Shown here: positions 1 to 13,090 of the stretch, piece by piece | Numbering within the stretch: the stretch's first letter is position 1 | How the letters are laid out: every line of letters starts with the position of its first letter | Source of the DNA: Dudresnaya verticillata | Lineage: Eukaryota | Reading direction: 5' to 3' | Length of the DNA stretch: 64,000 nt | NCBI GenBank assembly: GCA_977862235.1 | Contig: OZ374558.1 | Location: 3,348,001 to 3,412,000, forward strand | Program-made: the position numbers and the translations under genes | The notes under the pieces: generated by a model | Told to the model about the DNA's origin: nothing | Database searches by the model: none | The model's input: only the letters and a program-made list of their open reading frames with translations

Positions 1-1867
1 AGATCCTCAGAGGCCGCTTTCTTGGCACGCGCGAGCTCTGGATGACACTGGGTGGGGATTCGTTGGTGAGATGCATTCAGAAACCGCAGGGGTGCTTCGG
101 AGGAAGCACGTTCGCAACACAAGGCCGTGATATCTGTCCGGCAAGCTTGCGGTAGCCAAGATGGCGGATGCTATACTCTTGCTTGGAAGTACAATTGTTG
201 TGCCATCTATCTTACCGTACAAGGGCAGGGCGGCTGGTGCAGTGTAGAAACAATGATGTTTAGGTCTTGTGCAAAGGCAGCGGTAGAACGTTTCTACGAT
301 AGCTATCCTAGAAACAGTAAGTTCTATCTCTGAGACCAAGTTGTCCGAGAAGCGGCGGTTGTGGCGCGGCCGTCGCCCACTCGCAGCCTGCGCCGGCCTG
401 GCGCTCCTCTACGAGTGGTTGCAGACGCCACTTGCACTGCTGAGCGTAGCGGGCCGCGCGGCGTCATAGAGACGTGCGCGGCGCCGACAGACGATCCATG
501 ACGGCGCGAGAACATCGGAAAAAGGCGGACTGCCGCGCTCGTGCGGTGTCGAATTGCAAGAGCAGTAGAAATGCGAACGCGCGCAACGACAATTCAACAC
601 CGCAGCAGCCAATGACGCGCGCGGCATCTCGCGCTTGGACCATTGCTGCGATGTGCTTCCGCCGCGCCTCCTGGGCGCCCCGCCCCGCACCTCCAAGTGC
701 TCCTGTCACTTGCAACGGCGCTGTGCCCCTTCAGCCGCATCCCTACCTCCCACCCGCAGACCGTAGCTCGCGCGGCAATGCGCGCGGCGTCTGTGAGACC
801 AAGTGCGCTAGAAACATCGCGTGGGAACGGAATAGAGCGTTGCATCTCCGAAATGACGCTGACATTGCCACCGCCGAGCAAGGGAGACATAGCACATCAT
901 ACACGCCCCCACGAATGAGCACGGCCGGACCACCGTCAGCGCTTGTTGCGCACATGTTCCGTGCAACATTCCGCTTGTTGCTGCATTCGCCGTTCGCAAG
1001 TGCGCAGCAGGCATGACATCGTACTCCTTGGCCGCAGCTCCAACCGTCAACTTGGTCGTCATAGCAGCCGGTCTTTGTCTGTCGCTGCGAACTTTCCATG
1101 TGCATTTTGTCTTCCTCCTCGAAGGGCGGACACGCCGGGGTGCGCTTCGTGTCCGGATACAGAAAAGGGGCAACTTGCTTGAATCCTGCAAGCGAGTCAA
1201 CATCATGGCGCTCTCACCACATAAACATCGCCCCGCTCTATCAGCTCTACAGCCACAGCAGCCTGTGCGCAAAGCGCGTGTGGAGCACGGGCTGAGGCAC
1301 GACGCGGAGTAGGCGCTGCAGCAACATGGCGTGCGACAAGCACGTCGGCGTGGAGCTTGTTGCGCTCAAATTGCGCGCTTCTCATACAATGAGCAACACC
1401 TCCGCCGTCGTCGTCGCTGCCTGCCGCCAGCTTCTCCTCTGACGTATCGCTGCTCCAGCCTCTTTCGCAACTTGCTTGGCGACTATGAAGACCGTGCCCG
1501 GATTTGCGCCGCCGCGAGCGCCGTTCCGTTTATTTTTGTAATGACACGTCCCTGCGCCGCCCGCCGAAACACTGCGAGCGGCAACAATTCTCGCAGACGT
1601 TCCTCAATAACTCCGGTCTCGCTCATGCCCGAAATAGTTCTCCTCGCCCCTAACCCAACTCAAACCCCCCCACGCATTGTACTGTAGCAACCCCCTCCTC
1701 GATAACGTAGGCAATCCCTATCTCCGCACGCATCCGCTCTTTCTATGCTTAAGCAGAGACAAGATGGTGCCACCACCTCGTTCCCCCATCTCACCTCACG
1801 CCCAATCCCTTCTGATGCACCCCCCTCCCATCGACTAGCTTGAGCATAGCGACCGCATCCAACGCCA

Positions 1868-3764
1868 ATGTATCTCGCTCTCTCCCTCTTCCTCCTTCTC
1901 CTCTCAACGTCCCCTTTCGTGTTCGCACAGCGCGAACTCGATGGCGTAAAGCTTCGCTGCTGCACCGTCCTCGCCTCTCCCTATGCCTTCCGCTCCGGAA
2001 AGTACAGCCACGGATATGATGGTCTTGTCATCGAGTACCTCCACCTACTGCAAGACCGCTCCGGATTCCAGTGCTCCTCGCTCAAGCCTTTTGAGGACGA
2101 CTCCGGCGCTGTAGGCTGGAACGCCCTCGTCGAGAACATTGTCAGTTGCACTGACGAGAATGGCAGCATCAAGAACCACCCCAACTGCAATTGTGACGTA
2201 GGCGTGGGTGCTTGGTTTGAGACACCGAACAGACTCGACATCGACTTTCTCCCAGCCTTCTCCTATGATGACCGGAGGGTCCTGGTTAATGTCAAGGACA
2301 CCTCGTTTTCAAATAGCGGTACCTTCTTCTTGACCGCCTTCGAACCGCTAGTATGGGGGCTTATTGCGGTCCTTGTCTTGTTGTTTGCCGGACTCAAATT
2401 ACTTGACAGGCGTTTTGCCCCGCGTTCCAACGAGTACCAAGCCCTGCCTGCGAGCGAAGGGCGGTTCAGGAGGTGCAAATACTTTCTGCTCAAGAATAAC
2501 AACCTGTATAGGATGCGACGGGCTTTGCAGAGTGTGTGTACGTGTTTGCATACGTCTATCTCTTGAGGAACAACTGTGTTTTTCGGTTGAGCTGATTTGC
2601 TTATGCTGACCACTTCCTTCCTTTTTTGTGTTTCTTTGCGCATACGTTCTATTTCAAACTGATACAGGCAGCCAGCTTATCGGACAAAATCACAAGCAGG
2701 TCCAAGGGGACTTTGGCTCCACTCGACAATGGGTTCTTAACTTTGTTGTTGCTCTCAGTGGGCTGTTTTTAGTCTTGGTTTATGAAGCAACCATGACGTA
2801 AGTTACCATTCTCGGGAACCGAATGCATATCGGAAGCAGGTCGCAAAATGCTAACATTCTCTTACTACTGTCTATTTGAACTGCAGAGCTTCCCTGGTCC
2901 AAGAATCCGTCCGCTCGGATTTTTCCGGCTTACAAGACTTCAAGAGCTGTCGCATTCCCGACAAGGAAGTATGTCTCATTAAGGGGGACACAAGCATTCT
3001 TTTCTGGGATACTGCCGTTGCCAATGAGTACGTTTCTTTACATGTGTCCCGCCCCCATTGAAGTCTTGTGCTTTTCAACTCAGCCTCTAACATGACCGAC
3101 ATCTTTTTACTCTGTTTGCAACTCAAACCAAAACAGAGATTGCCGCAAGGATAGCAAGTCTCGCCCGCAGCTCTTCAACTCATATGAGGAAGCCCTGGAA
3201 AAGGTTGCAGCTGGTGATTGTAAATTCATGCTGACGGATGGGGGGTTGGCCCTCGACGCTGCCCACGGGAAGTACTGCCAGAAGCTGACCGTTGCCGGGG
3301 AGCCGTTCAGTCAGGGTGGGTTGCACTACTTGCTCCCGAAGGGGTCACAGTATCTACGTCCACTACGAAAGGCGACTCTAGAGCTGCGGTCCGAGAACAG
3401 GATCGAGACTCTGGACGGGTTCTTCGAGAAGAAGGGCAAGTGTGATATCTCGACCAACCCCGTTGTCAGCATTGGCAAGCTCAAGATCTTCTTCATCATG
3501 AGCTTCATTGCGGCGTTTCTTCTATTTCTTGAGATGGTGCTGGACCCGCAGAGCATTCGGAAGGGTAAGAACGGGAAGAATCGAAAACAGCAGCGGCGGG
3601 AAGGGGAGGAGGCTGCGAAAGCGAAGGAGAAAAATCTGCAGAGGATTTGCTCGGAAACGTCTACGGATTCTTCGTGTCCTAGCTCAGACGATAGCCAACA
3701 AAGCTTGTCTTGCATCAAAGGCAAGGAGATGGACGATCGGGAAAAGGCCGACGAGGCAGTTTGA
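1868..3764 (+). CDS. Ionotropic glutamate receptor-like (GLR/iGluR) channel subunit lacking an amino-terminal domain, paralogue 1. Exons 1868-2537, 2668-2797, 2887-3027, 3137-3764 (522 aa)
   Basis: Signal peptide MYLALSLFLLLL; S1 motif CDVGVGAWFETPNRLDIDFLPAF; M1 FLTAFEPLVWGLI; pore/M3 STRQWVLNF...VYEATMTASLV; S2 C-x-KL-x-AGEPF...LPKGS...KKGKC; M4 KIFFIMSFIAAFLLFLEM. GT..AG introns join the exons to 1569 nt in frame. Confidence 0.88.
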
Positions 3765-5620
3765 GAAGTATGGAACTGCTCTTGCTTATATTATTTATTA
3801 ACTTGAACAAATGTCGGATCGGTTATGAAACAATAACAACCTAAAATGGGGGAAGCTGCGTAGATATTTATTTAATAAACAAACTACTCCCAAAACGCTC
3901 AAAACGGACATAACCGCCCAACCTGTAAACATTGAGGGCACTGGGCAATGAACGAGGTAGCCACTCTTATTGAACTCTGCTCGCAGCTGTGATTTGTTGT
4001 GAATACCACATATTGCCAAAAGGCACCCGCGCAGGACCCGCGCAGGACCACGCTAAATAAACAATAATCAGAATCAAGATCTTCTGCGCCATATTGGAAC
4101 CAGAGTTAGTTCATAGTGAGCAGCATGACATCATGCTAGGAGAACGGCTCAACCAAGATCCGAATTCAAGTTTGTTTGTGTCACAAACTGTTGGCTGAGG
4201 GCAGAAAAATCCTTCCACGATGGCCCCTTAAGTCGAAAGAAGGCCCGGAGATCTTTTCGCTCGACAGACCTATAGATTTGGAGCGGCTCCGGCTGTGCAC
4301 AGTAAATGTGGTAAGAAGAAGATTTTTGTGGGTATGATGTGAACCACAGAAGATTGAGAGAGACGGCTCTGCGTTGTGTGGAATCACCATGTAGGTGCAA
4401 CGCGTGGGCTGCTACTCGAAAGAAGTAGAGCTAGCTACAGGCGAAGAAGATCCATCAATCAACGCTGCAAAGTTGTGTGTATGGAAGGAATGGAAGACTC
4501 AAAGACTGAACACTACTTACAGTGTGTTGATCTCCATTTTCAATCTATCGGCGTGCACTGTAACCTGCGTCTGGAAGCACCGACTTGAGTACTCTCGTGC
4601 ACGCTATACAACATATACATATGTATGTACCAAACTTTGTTGAAGGCAGTTATGAACCCGGAATGTAGTACAGGCGGTACACTAACCGTATAACAAAAAT
4701 AAGGGATCGCTGCGCAGCGAACGCGAACCTCGATGACCATGCTCCGCCTGCGCGTGTCTCGTCACCCGTTCTGTCAGCTCGCGCTGCGTACAACCGACTG
4801 CTGCCAAGGGGCCCTAAGGAACCATTGGGGGTTGCATATGGCGCGCTTGGCCAACCACGCTCCGCCATATTGAAGTCTGACAGGTTCAACAGCGGAGTAA
4901 AGCACTGCACCTTCCACGACTACACAGCGATCACTGGATCATAACGCCCAGTCCGCGTTACGGTTATTCCGACGATTCAATGCCCTTCCTCGTCATTGGC
5001 ATTCGCATGCTCAATTACAACTTGCCCGCTGACTTTTCTGCGAGAATCCTTGTTGCGCCTGCTGACACAGACCGCCTTGAGTTCACATAGTTCCGCCTCC
5101 TGCAGAAAATGCTTCTGGGCTCCCTACTGAACTGCCTTCATAGAGCCGTCCACCTCGTACACGCGTGAATCCGCCCTCGGAGGAGGCTTGGTACAACAAT
5201 TTCCAATTTCCGCTGACGGGTGATTATTCATGTGCCTATTTCTCGCCGAATCTAACAGCATCTCATCGCAGCAGCATTCAACTATCGGCAGTCGCCCACT
5301 GTTTCTGATGGGAGCATTCGCGGGAAAGGCAATACGAATGCAGCTGGAATGCTTCATGCTCATACTGTACATTTCGCTCCTGCTCGTTTGTGCAAAGAAG
5401 CGGAAGCCTTGCCCGACCCATGGCTCGATGTTCGTTGTCAAACGCTGCCCCACAAACGTTTTGCAATATTTCGCGTCTCTGACTCATGTTTCAAAGTAGG
5501 ACTTTTCTGTCTCTTGCATTTCAGGATGATAGCGGATCTCCGCAGGAATGGTGTTGGGGCCTCTCAGCTCCATCCAGTTCACTTGGGGACAACGCTGGGA
5601 GCGGCGGATTTTAGACTACT

Positions 5621-5785
5621 CTCCAGTTTCGCACGAGCACGCACTCGCGGGACTCTATCCAACGACCGCCATGACGGAACAAGCAATAATACACTGCTGA
5701 GCTATTGCCGATCCTTGCGGTTTTGCTTGGTCTATTCTGTGGTGCTCCCTACTTACGATCCTACCTTCAGTAGGTATATACAGCT
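5621..5785 (-). mobile_element. Degenerate copy of a short tRNA-like SINE (same family as 13520-13690)
   Basis: Aligns by eye with 13521-13690 (tagactactctccag...gctattgccg...tgctccctactt...agtaggtat). Confidence 0.5.
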
Positions 5786-6639
5786 GTAACAGCATCTGAA
5801 GCTGTTAAATGCGAATCCTAGCATGCACTTTGAACCGTTTTAGATGAGCGAAAAGGGTGCTCAAGATTCCTTACATGTATCTGACCTTTGCAGGTTTTAG
5901 CTTGTCCCTCCTAGTAACGGTAAAGCAGCTCGTCAACAGCGCCCTCAACACAGGGTTATTTAAGTAACAACTCAAGACTTGTAACACGAAACATAGTTCA
6001 CAGAAAGACGAAATGATTACTTTGAATTGAGAGAGAACGTCTATGGAGGCTCTGCCAGAAACTAATTCAGCACCAGAGGAGAGGGTCGAGGAGCGGATGT
6101 TGACGGCAGGTTTCAACGATGGAAATGATACTTAAACATTACCTGGTGCACGGCCCTGTTGACACAATTGTAAATCTTTTGCCTTCAACCGGGAGCGAGA
6201 TAGCATTGCTAAGCGTCAATGCGAGACGCACATCTGCGGCTTTTCAACACCGCCGTATAACAACGGTTAGATAGCTATCAGTATTGCGTAGACCGTAGCT
6301 GACTTACTCTGGAGAGTCAGAGTCATCGAAAAGCGTAAATAACACGCTGGTCCAGGCTCTCAGACAAGACCCCATCCCATTCCAAGTTCGGCCTGTGAGA
6401 GCGCTCTGGAGCCTGAACTTTATGCAACACCTAACAGCACTGGAGACCCTTGTGCTGTGCTATGACAAAATCCCAGAGAAAGTTCTGTTGAAACGTCTGC
6501 TTTTCCTTTTACCTCATTGCTTCATGCTGGAAAAGCTTATCGCAACTGTCCAAATGCTTCCCTAAACGCTGAAGGGGGCCCACAGGTATACTTGCCGTAA
6601 GTAGCAGTTGTCAGGATACACTTCCTCTGTGATCGCTCT

Positions 6640-9262
6640 ATACTGTCAAGGGATGCCAGCGCAAGGGGCTCAGTGGACGTTTTGTTGCCAGTGAATGATT
6701 CACTCAACATCTTAGCGGCCTCCCTGCTCACGGCTACCCCAACTAGCATTTATTATAATAACATTCAGTTTGAATGTGGGGAGGATGGAAAACGAAAGGA
6801 ACACTGCTTTCTGAGCAGCAACCGTGTTAGGCACAGAATGCGATTCGCGGTAGGGGTGCCTGGTCCGTCGAGAAGGACGTGCGGGGGTAGCGGGACGGCC
6901 TACATGTATCAAGGCCATCCGAAATATTATGCCAGCTGTGCCGAGAACTGCTAATGGTTATGCAGCCAAACATGATATGATGGCGACTGTATAAGGTCGC
7001 AGGCAAACCAGTGGACCCGCCAAATTCGCAACCTCTCTCTTCTTCCTGACATCTTGTCGAATAATCTACTCAGCCAGCTGCAGTTAGTTTCGTCCTCATT
7101 TGATCCTTTTATCCTTTTTGTCCTTGTAGGGGATAATTACTGACGCTTATTACTGATCTCTCTCTCAAGTAACTCATTCAAAGCTCTTACTTTAAAAGGT
7201 ATAACATTACAAGAAGTATTGTTGACGATGTCGAACAACGTAATGGAATTCCTCTGCTTCGTTTTCAAAGAGAATGAGGATTGTAAATGCGTACGCATCA
7301 TTTACGGAGACGTAAAACGGGATGCTAGATCGTCTCAACGGGCATGGCGTCGACAATTGAAAACATCGGCTTGATGTTCTCAACGAGGACGTTTCATAAC
7401 GTTCCACACGCATTGTCGCTGATAATCTCTCGTCTCCGCTGAGTAAAAATTATCAATTCTCCTTATCGCAGCTACTAAAGATAAGCGCTCTAGTTCTTGG
7501 GAAGCTCTAGACTTTAGGCACGCTCGTCCATCCCTCAAAAATCAAACTCCAACCCCGTGTGTATAAAGGAAAATAGTAACCACAGAGATATTGCCACTCC
7601 CCTTGTGGCGCAGCTTGGTGATGCGCAGTGAGGCCCTTCCTTTAAGACACATGAAACACTGCGTATGCTCAGTTGCGAAACTTCTCTCCAGTCAAAACAC
7701 TAGTCACGTCCTCTGGAGGGATAACCCCATTGGCATCCTCAGTAAATGTAATTACTGCCAAATCTGAAAAAGAACACTCAATAACAGGGTCGTCTGCCTT
7801 GGGACATATTCTTTCAACGACAGCATTGGCTTTGTAGAGTTCCCCAATGATGCCAAGTGGAAACTGATGATGAACTGGAGGTTGAGCGTAGAAGGAGAAG
7901 GAATTTCCAAGGAACACGACACCCTCGTAGTGGAAAAGGCTGCATTGACCTATGGCATCAATATTCAAATCAAGTCCGCAATGCGGCATGAACAAAACCT
8001 TGCAGAAACCCCATGGCGGGTCCAGAATGGCATTTTCTTGGATTGGTACAACGTCGAAGCCTTCCTCCGTTACAATTTTGATATCTCCTTCTGTCAATAC
8101 GGGGTCTGTAATTGTGCATTCAGAAGAATATCCTAGTTCCTCCTTGATCAGCAAAGCGCATGCAAACTGATAAATTGAATCGATGTCGCCCTGAAACGAC
8201 CCAATCCCGAGAACTTGCAATGCAAAGGGAATTCTTCCGTCTCTAGCACGCTCCAGATCTTGTTTCACGACACCCCACCATCCGCTTTTGATTAAGTCAT
8301 CTTTAGCCTCTAGGATCAGGCTCTCCGTGGTAACAACCGGTAATAGACGTTGTGTTCCGGAAATATTCTGCCCTTTGCCAAACATATCTTCTTGGTTTCT
8401 CCCAGCACTGCAGAGATCCTCCTGTATTTCAACTACCGTACCCGTTTTGGCGCACGTTAGTGGGCATGTTGGGTTATCGATTTCTTTGTCTGAGGAAGGC
8501 TCAGCATCACGGAGAGTGTCCATGCCCATTTCTTTTGGTTTGTGCATTGCGCTCAAATGGTCAGGTCAAGTGTGCAGCCCAAGCATGGAGCTCCTTTGTT
8601 GGGCGGAAGGTGCTTGAGGATTGTATATATAGGGAGGAACAGAAATTGCCCTACGATGCGATAACTGTCCGACTGCTCCGAACCGCATATGATTTTGTCA
8701 TTTGCGAGGATCTAGGTCTCAAATCAGCTTCGGCCAGACTATTCTAAACAGCAGCAGCTTCCCTCTTAGAAAAAAAGACCGCCTTCTGTCGGCGCTCTTG
8801 CAGCATGCGTTCGAAGGGGCTTGCGAAGAGGGTGACCTTGTCGCGCTTCGGGAGCGGCGGAAACGAGTCAATCGATAAAGCAAAAATCATCCTTTTTGTG
8901 GAAATTTACTGCACGTATTAAGCCATTTATCCTCATTATCATGTAACAAAAGGCCCTCTCTACCAAGTTTTCGATTGGGATTGTATATCAGAAGAAAGCA
9001 GGCAGAGAGCTTTTCGGCTGGCATGGGAAGAAGAAGAGAAGATCAGATCGAAATAATTAAAGAGTACGTTATTCTTATTTCTCTATCTGTTGCAGTACTT
9101 GTTGAGACTTATTAGATATTCTCCCTATTTTGCATAGTACCGAAGCTGAAAACCCCCTCAAAGTTGATCGAACGACTTCCGGAAGCGCTTTTTTATTAGA
9201 CGTGAAAGCAGGGAGATATTATATAGCCTACCATTCGCAGCAGCTGTCAAGAAACAAAGATC
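6640..9262. repeat. Segmental duplication copy A (about 2.6 kb, includes SRR1-like gene); copy B is about 13165-16315
   Basis: Continuous nucleotide similarity from actgtcaa.ggatgccagcgcaa through the SRR1-like gene and its upstream region. The last ~320 bp is inverted relative to copy B. Confidence 0.85.
7669..8547 (-). CDS. SRR1-domain (sensitivity to red light reduced 1-like) protein, copy A
   Basis: Motifs VLGIGSF, YQFACALLI, DPVLT..D, LFMPHC, FLGNSF, FSDLAV match the SRR1 family. First ATG at 8547; TATA-like cctatatatac about 80 nt upstream. Confidence 0.75.
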   Translation of the reverse strand: MHKPKEMGMDTLRDAEPSSDKEIDNPTCPLTCAKTGTVVEIQEDLCSAGRNQEDMFGKGQNISGTQRLLPVVTTESLILEAKDDLIKSGWWGVVKQDLERARDGRIPFALQVLGIGSFQGDIDSIYQFACALLIKEELGYSSECTITDPVLTEGDIKIVTEEGFDVVPIQENAILDPPWGFCKVLFMPHCGLDLNIDAIGQCSLFHYEGVVFLGNSFSFYAQPPVHHQFPLGIIGELYKANAVVERICPKADDPVIECSFSDLAVITFTEDANGVIPPEDVTSVLTGEKFRN

Positions 9263-9818
9263 GGTACGGAAAAATTGGGATTCCCGATGCTCGTCTTGCT
9301 TCAATAAAGTGGTGTAAATATCGAGTGAAGTGAAGAGGCGCTACCCCACCCTTCACATATGACCGAAAGTGGTAAGGCCCGCCACCACTTTGAGAGCCTC
9401 TATTGGCCAACAGAGTGGTGGAGTGGTGAAGTGGTGAAGTGGGAATCCCTGAATCCGTCCACTGTTGACGCACAGCCAATCACCATTTTCTGAGCGATTC
9501 TTTTTGACCGAAAATTGTTTGATAAATGTGACAATAAATACAGATAATTTCCGGCCCCACTCCGCCGAGGATGTCACGCACCGACCAGCCGATCGCCGAC
9601 GAGCGCGGGCGGCGATCGCGAAGCGAGTGAGTGGCGATCACGAAGCGATTGAGCGGGAAGCACCCAGCACTACAACGTTCAACCAATACAGCCTCCTGGT
9701 TTCAACTCAACTCGTCTTGCACAAAGAAAACTCGAACGGAACACCATCTTTTCCGTCATCGGCGCATATCGCGAGGTCCGGCGTCTGTATATCTTCGCCG
9801 CTACCGACCACCATTGCA

Positions 9819-12052
9819 ATGCGCGCAGCAAAAGCAATTTCTCGCAATGGTTTGGGAGGTGCGAACGTTTCATTCCTCAGCAGCGAGCCTCTCGGTGACT
9901 CTCAAGCAGAAAGTACCCCAACTCATCGCACGAAGCTGCAGAGGTTTCTTCGTTCAGCATATGTCAATCGTGCACCTCGAGCCTTACGAGAGCACACTTG
10001 GAGGAATTTTCTCAGCCGTGCTAGGAACTGCTTTCACCGCATTCATGCCCCGGAAGAAGGTGCAAAGCTATCGTACAATGGCATTCCGTCGTGCAGAATT
10101 GCACCACGAGAGGACAAGTCGGGAGCACGGCAATCCCCTGACGAGAGCTCCAACCGTCGTCCGTTTGTTCATCCACCTGTTCACCATATCCCAGAAGACT
10201 CGAACTCTTCAGCTGTCGAAACTACGGAAGAGAGCCAGGTGCAACGTTTGGAAGATCCATTTGCGAGGCGAAAGGAGGATGTGCGGCGGGGAAGCAGTTT
10301 ACACAGCTGCGTCGCACAGGGAAAGGATCGTGACATGATCCCCAAAGGTCCCCTTGTCGCTCTGAAGCCTGAAACGGAGCGTGAAACGAAAGAAGCCTTC
10401 CTTCCCGAGCTTCCTCGTCCCGTGCAAGATGCAACCCGACACCTTCAGGTGAAAACTCTTGCGTTGCGCGAAAAGCATGAGCAAGAGCTTCTGAACATTA
10501 AAAGAGAGTATGGCCAGGCTGTTTCCAAAATGGATGCAGAGATAGAAAAGGAGAAGAAGAGGGTGCATGAACTGGAGGAAATAGAGAAATCTTTGCAATG
10601 TGCCCTGCGTTGCTGTGAGAAGAAATCAGAAGAAGCGATTCTAGAGCGCAGAGGGCAGGGCACAGCTGAAATGAATCAACTTACGCATTTAAAGGACAGG
10701 ATCAAGCACATGAAGGGAACGGAGTGTGTAAGATTGCAATTGCAAAGCGAGAGGACGGAGAAGAAAGAGACTGTAGAAAGAATGTCACTGCGAATATCGT
10801 CACGGTTCTACTGGGAGACGATCAGCAACATGCAGAAAAAACGTATGAACATTGATGGGAGTGGACCCGAGGAGCCGAACGGAATAGAAAGTTCTTCTCC
10901 GATGCAGCAAGAGTCGAAGCAAAAGGAACTTGAAGCAAGAAGTGACAAAGACAAGAGACACCCACTTGTCTCTCTCCAGAATGGTGCACCACGCAGCTCA
11001 AATGCAGGCTGTCATCCCTGCGGTGGTATTGATATCAGCAACAACAGTTGTAGCAATGCGAGTTCGGAGAAAGAAGGTTCAAGAAAAACCACAGGTACAA
11101 TGTCAGGCACGATTTCGGCATCGGATGGTACGGAGCTCAGCGATCTAGTCGGCTCTCACGTTGGATGCAGGTATCGCATGAAGAAGTTATCGCAACCGGC
11201 GACCAAAGCGTCGTGTTTGCAGCCATAGACCTAAAGCTAAAGATGCCTATGGCTATGAAGGCAGAAAGGGTATCAACATCTGACGATTTCGTGCCCCTGC
11301 TCGGCTACGAGAACCACATTTACAAAGGACTGAAGACTGAGGAAGGTAGGGAACTGGGTATTTCCACTCCCCGGTACTATGAGGAAGGCCGAACTCATAA
11401 TTTTCTTGTATTGGAACGTTTTGGACCTTCTTTGCTTCATGTGTTGACGGAAAGAGAAGAGCTACTACCTCATGATACGGTATTCGAACTGGGTATAATT
11501 CTTGTCCTGCAACTTGAACACATCCACAGTAGAGGCATTGTCCATGGTGACTTAAGTCTCTCGAACATTATGTTCGACATGGAGTCAACCTGGATGCCAC
11601 ATATCATTGACTACGGAACGTCTGTCCGATACCGTCGCAAGATATCGTCGCAACACGCCGCTCAGGTCAAGAGAAGTGCATTTTACGGAACATGCCGTTA
11701 TGCCTCGCGACAAGCGCATGCAAAGTGGACTCTCTCTAGGAGAGACGACCTCGAGTCTCTTGGATATATACTCATCGAGCTGCTCAGCGGGCATCTTCCA
11801 TGGAGTGGCGAAGACTGGGAGAAGACAGGACTAGCCAAAAATTCTTGCGCCACCAAAGATCTCTGTCATGGCTTGCCAGAACAACTATTAGAGTATGCAA
11901 ACTACGTGGGGAATTTGCAGTACACTCAAGAACCGAACTACCGGTGGATAAGGGGACTATTAGCTTCTGCACTGAATATCGAAGTAGAGTCGTATTGCAG
12001 AAGTGATGGGGCGTTATCGAACGCTAACACGAAGTTCTCGCTGTTCGAGTGA
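9819..12052 (+). CDS. Divergent casein kinase 1-like kinase with a long low-complexity/coiled-coil N-terminus; one-base frameshift near 11186
   Basis: Upstream ORF ends in VGCRYRMKK (CK1 subdomain I start). The overlapping ORF continues VIATGDQSVVF..AMKAE..L.YE..LVLERFGPSL..HGDLSLSN..IDYG..FYGTCRYAS..SRRDDLESLGY..LPW. Start ATG uncertain. Confidence 0.75.
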
Positions 12053-12699
12053 GCCATTGTAGAACTGTTCGGCAGATCTGTGGGGAAGATTAATCTTGGG
12101 TTTTGTTGCAGTTCTGCAATCCATTCTTTCTCTGAGAAGGATAAGGAGAAGTAAAAGGTACTGTTGTCATGTTTAGAAAGGGAACTCTTGCTTCTAGTTT
12201 AAGCAATTGTCTGATGCACCTTTGCATACATAATGATCTCCATCTCTTTCCAGTCCAGCTTTCCGAGGCTTCAAGGTTGGCTATGGAACCGCAACTGTGT
12301 AGAGGTCACTCATGTTTGACCAGGCATAGAATCTGTCTCTTGGTCATTTGAGACCAAGGTTCCCTCCCCCATGAGAAGCGACAATTTCTTGAATGTGGTT
12401 CAGAAGACGCTTTGGACTCCCAATCAAGCGAGGAGAGCCAGAATAAAGAAAAGGAGGCTTAAGAAAAGGAAGGATAGGGAAAGATTTGCGACTGTTTACA
12501 TATTGGAGACCAACCCCGAATGAGCATTCTCAATCGCGGGCCCTCTTGTCAAGTTTTTTTACAACATTGGGAATTACCATCGTACTCTTCTAAGTTTTCC
12601 CGTAGGTCCTTGATGACAGTCACAGGACAAACTTGATTCTAAACTCTTCGCCGTGAATGCTTCATGCACATTCTGTACTATTCGGACGGTTATGTATTG

Positions 12700-13090
12700 T
12701 AGATACAGTCTTGAGTGCGGTAGAAAAAATCCTTCTGAATACCCCTTCCATATGGAAGTCCATGCCCAGCAAAACGCACCCAGCTGCGCCAGCATTCCGA
12801 ACATCTCCAACTTCTGTCAAGAGCAAACTCCGAATAAGAGTCTCCCACCATTGAAGGCATGACATTACACTCAACGAAATACACAGACTCAGCGCCCAAG
12901 AACACTCACCGCCACCAAATACCCTACCATATGACCTTACCCGAACAGGCCACAGCGCCGGTCATACCCAAGACACAATGACCCACCCGAGTCCCGTTAG
13001 GACTCCTATGCATGTCGGCAAATGGGCCCCAGCTGCCCGCGTAGGACCACTTTAAGCAATCAATATAGAACAACATCACATGTTTTCCTA
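12700..13090. repeat. Old dispersed repeat (probable retroelement relic), related to 54340-54745 and shorter copies elsewhere
   Basis: Shared blocks catgcccagc.aa, acga(a)..c.gactc, ctacca, gactcc..., and aatgggccc..gctgcccgcgtaggaccac...agaacaac. Confidence 0.55.

Noticed and set aside
1..333. Possible 3' end of a gene at the window start
   Set aside because: Short frames with stops and no recognisable motif.
400..1700. Many overlapping ORFs in GC-rich DNA
   Set aside because: No domains; typical spurious ORFs in GC-rich promoter-like sequence.
11165..11228. Programmed frameshift or intron joining the two CK1 ORFs
   Set aside because: No X XXY YYZ slippery site and no room for an intron within subdomain I; a single-base indel is simpler.
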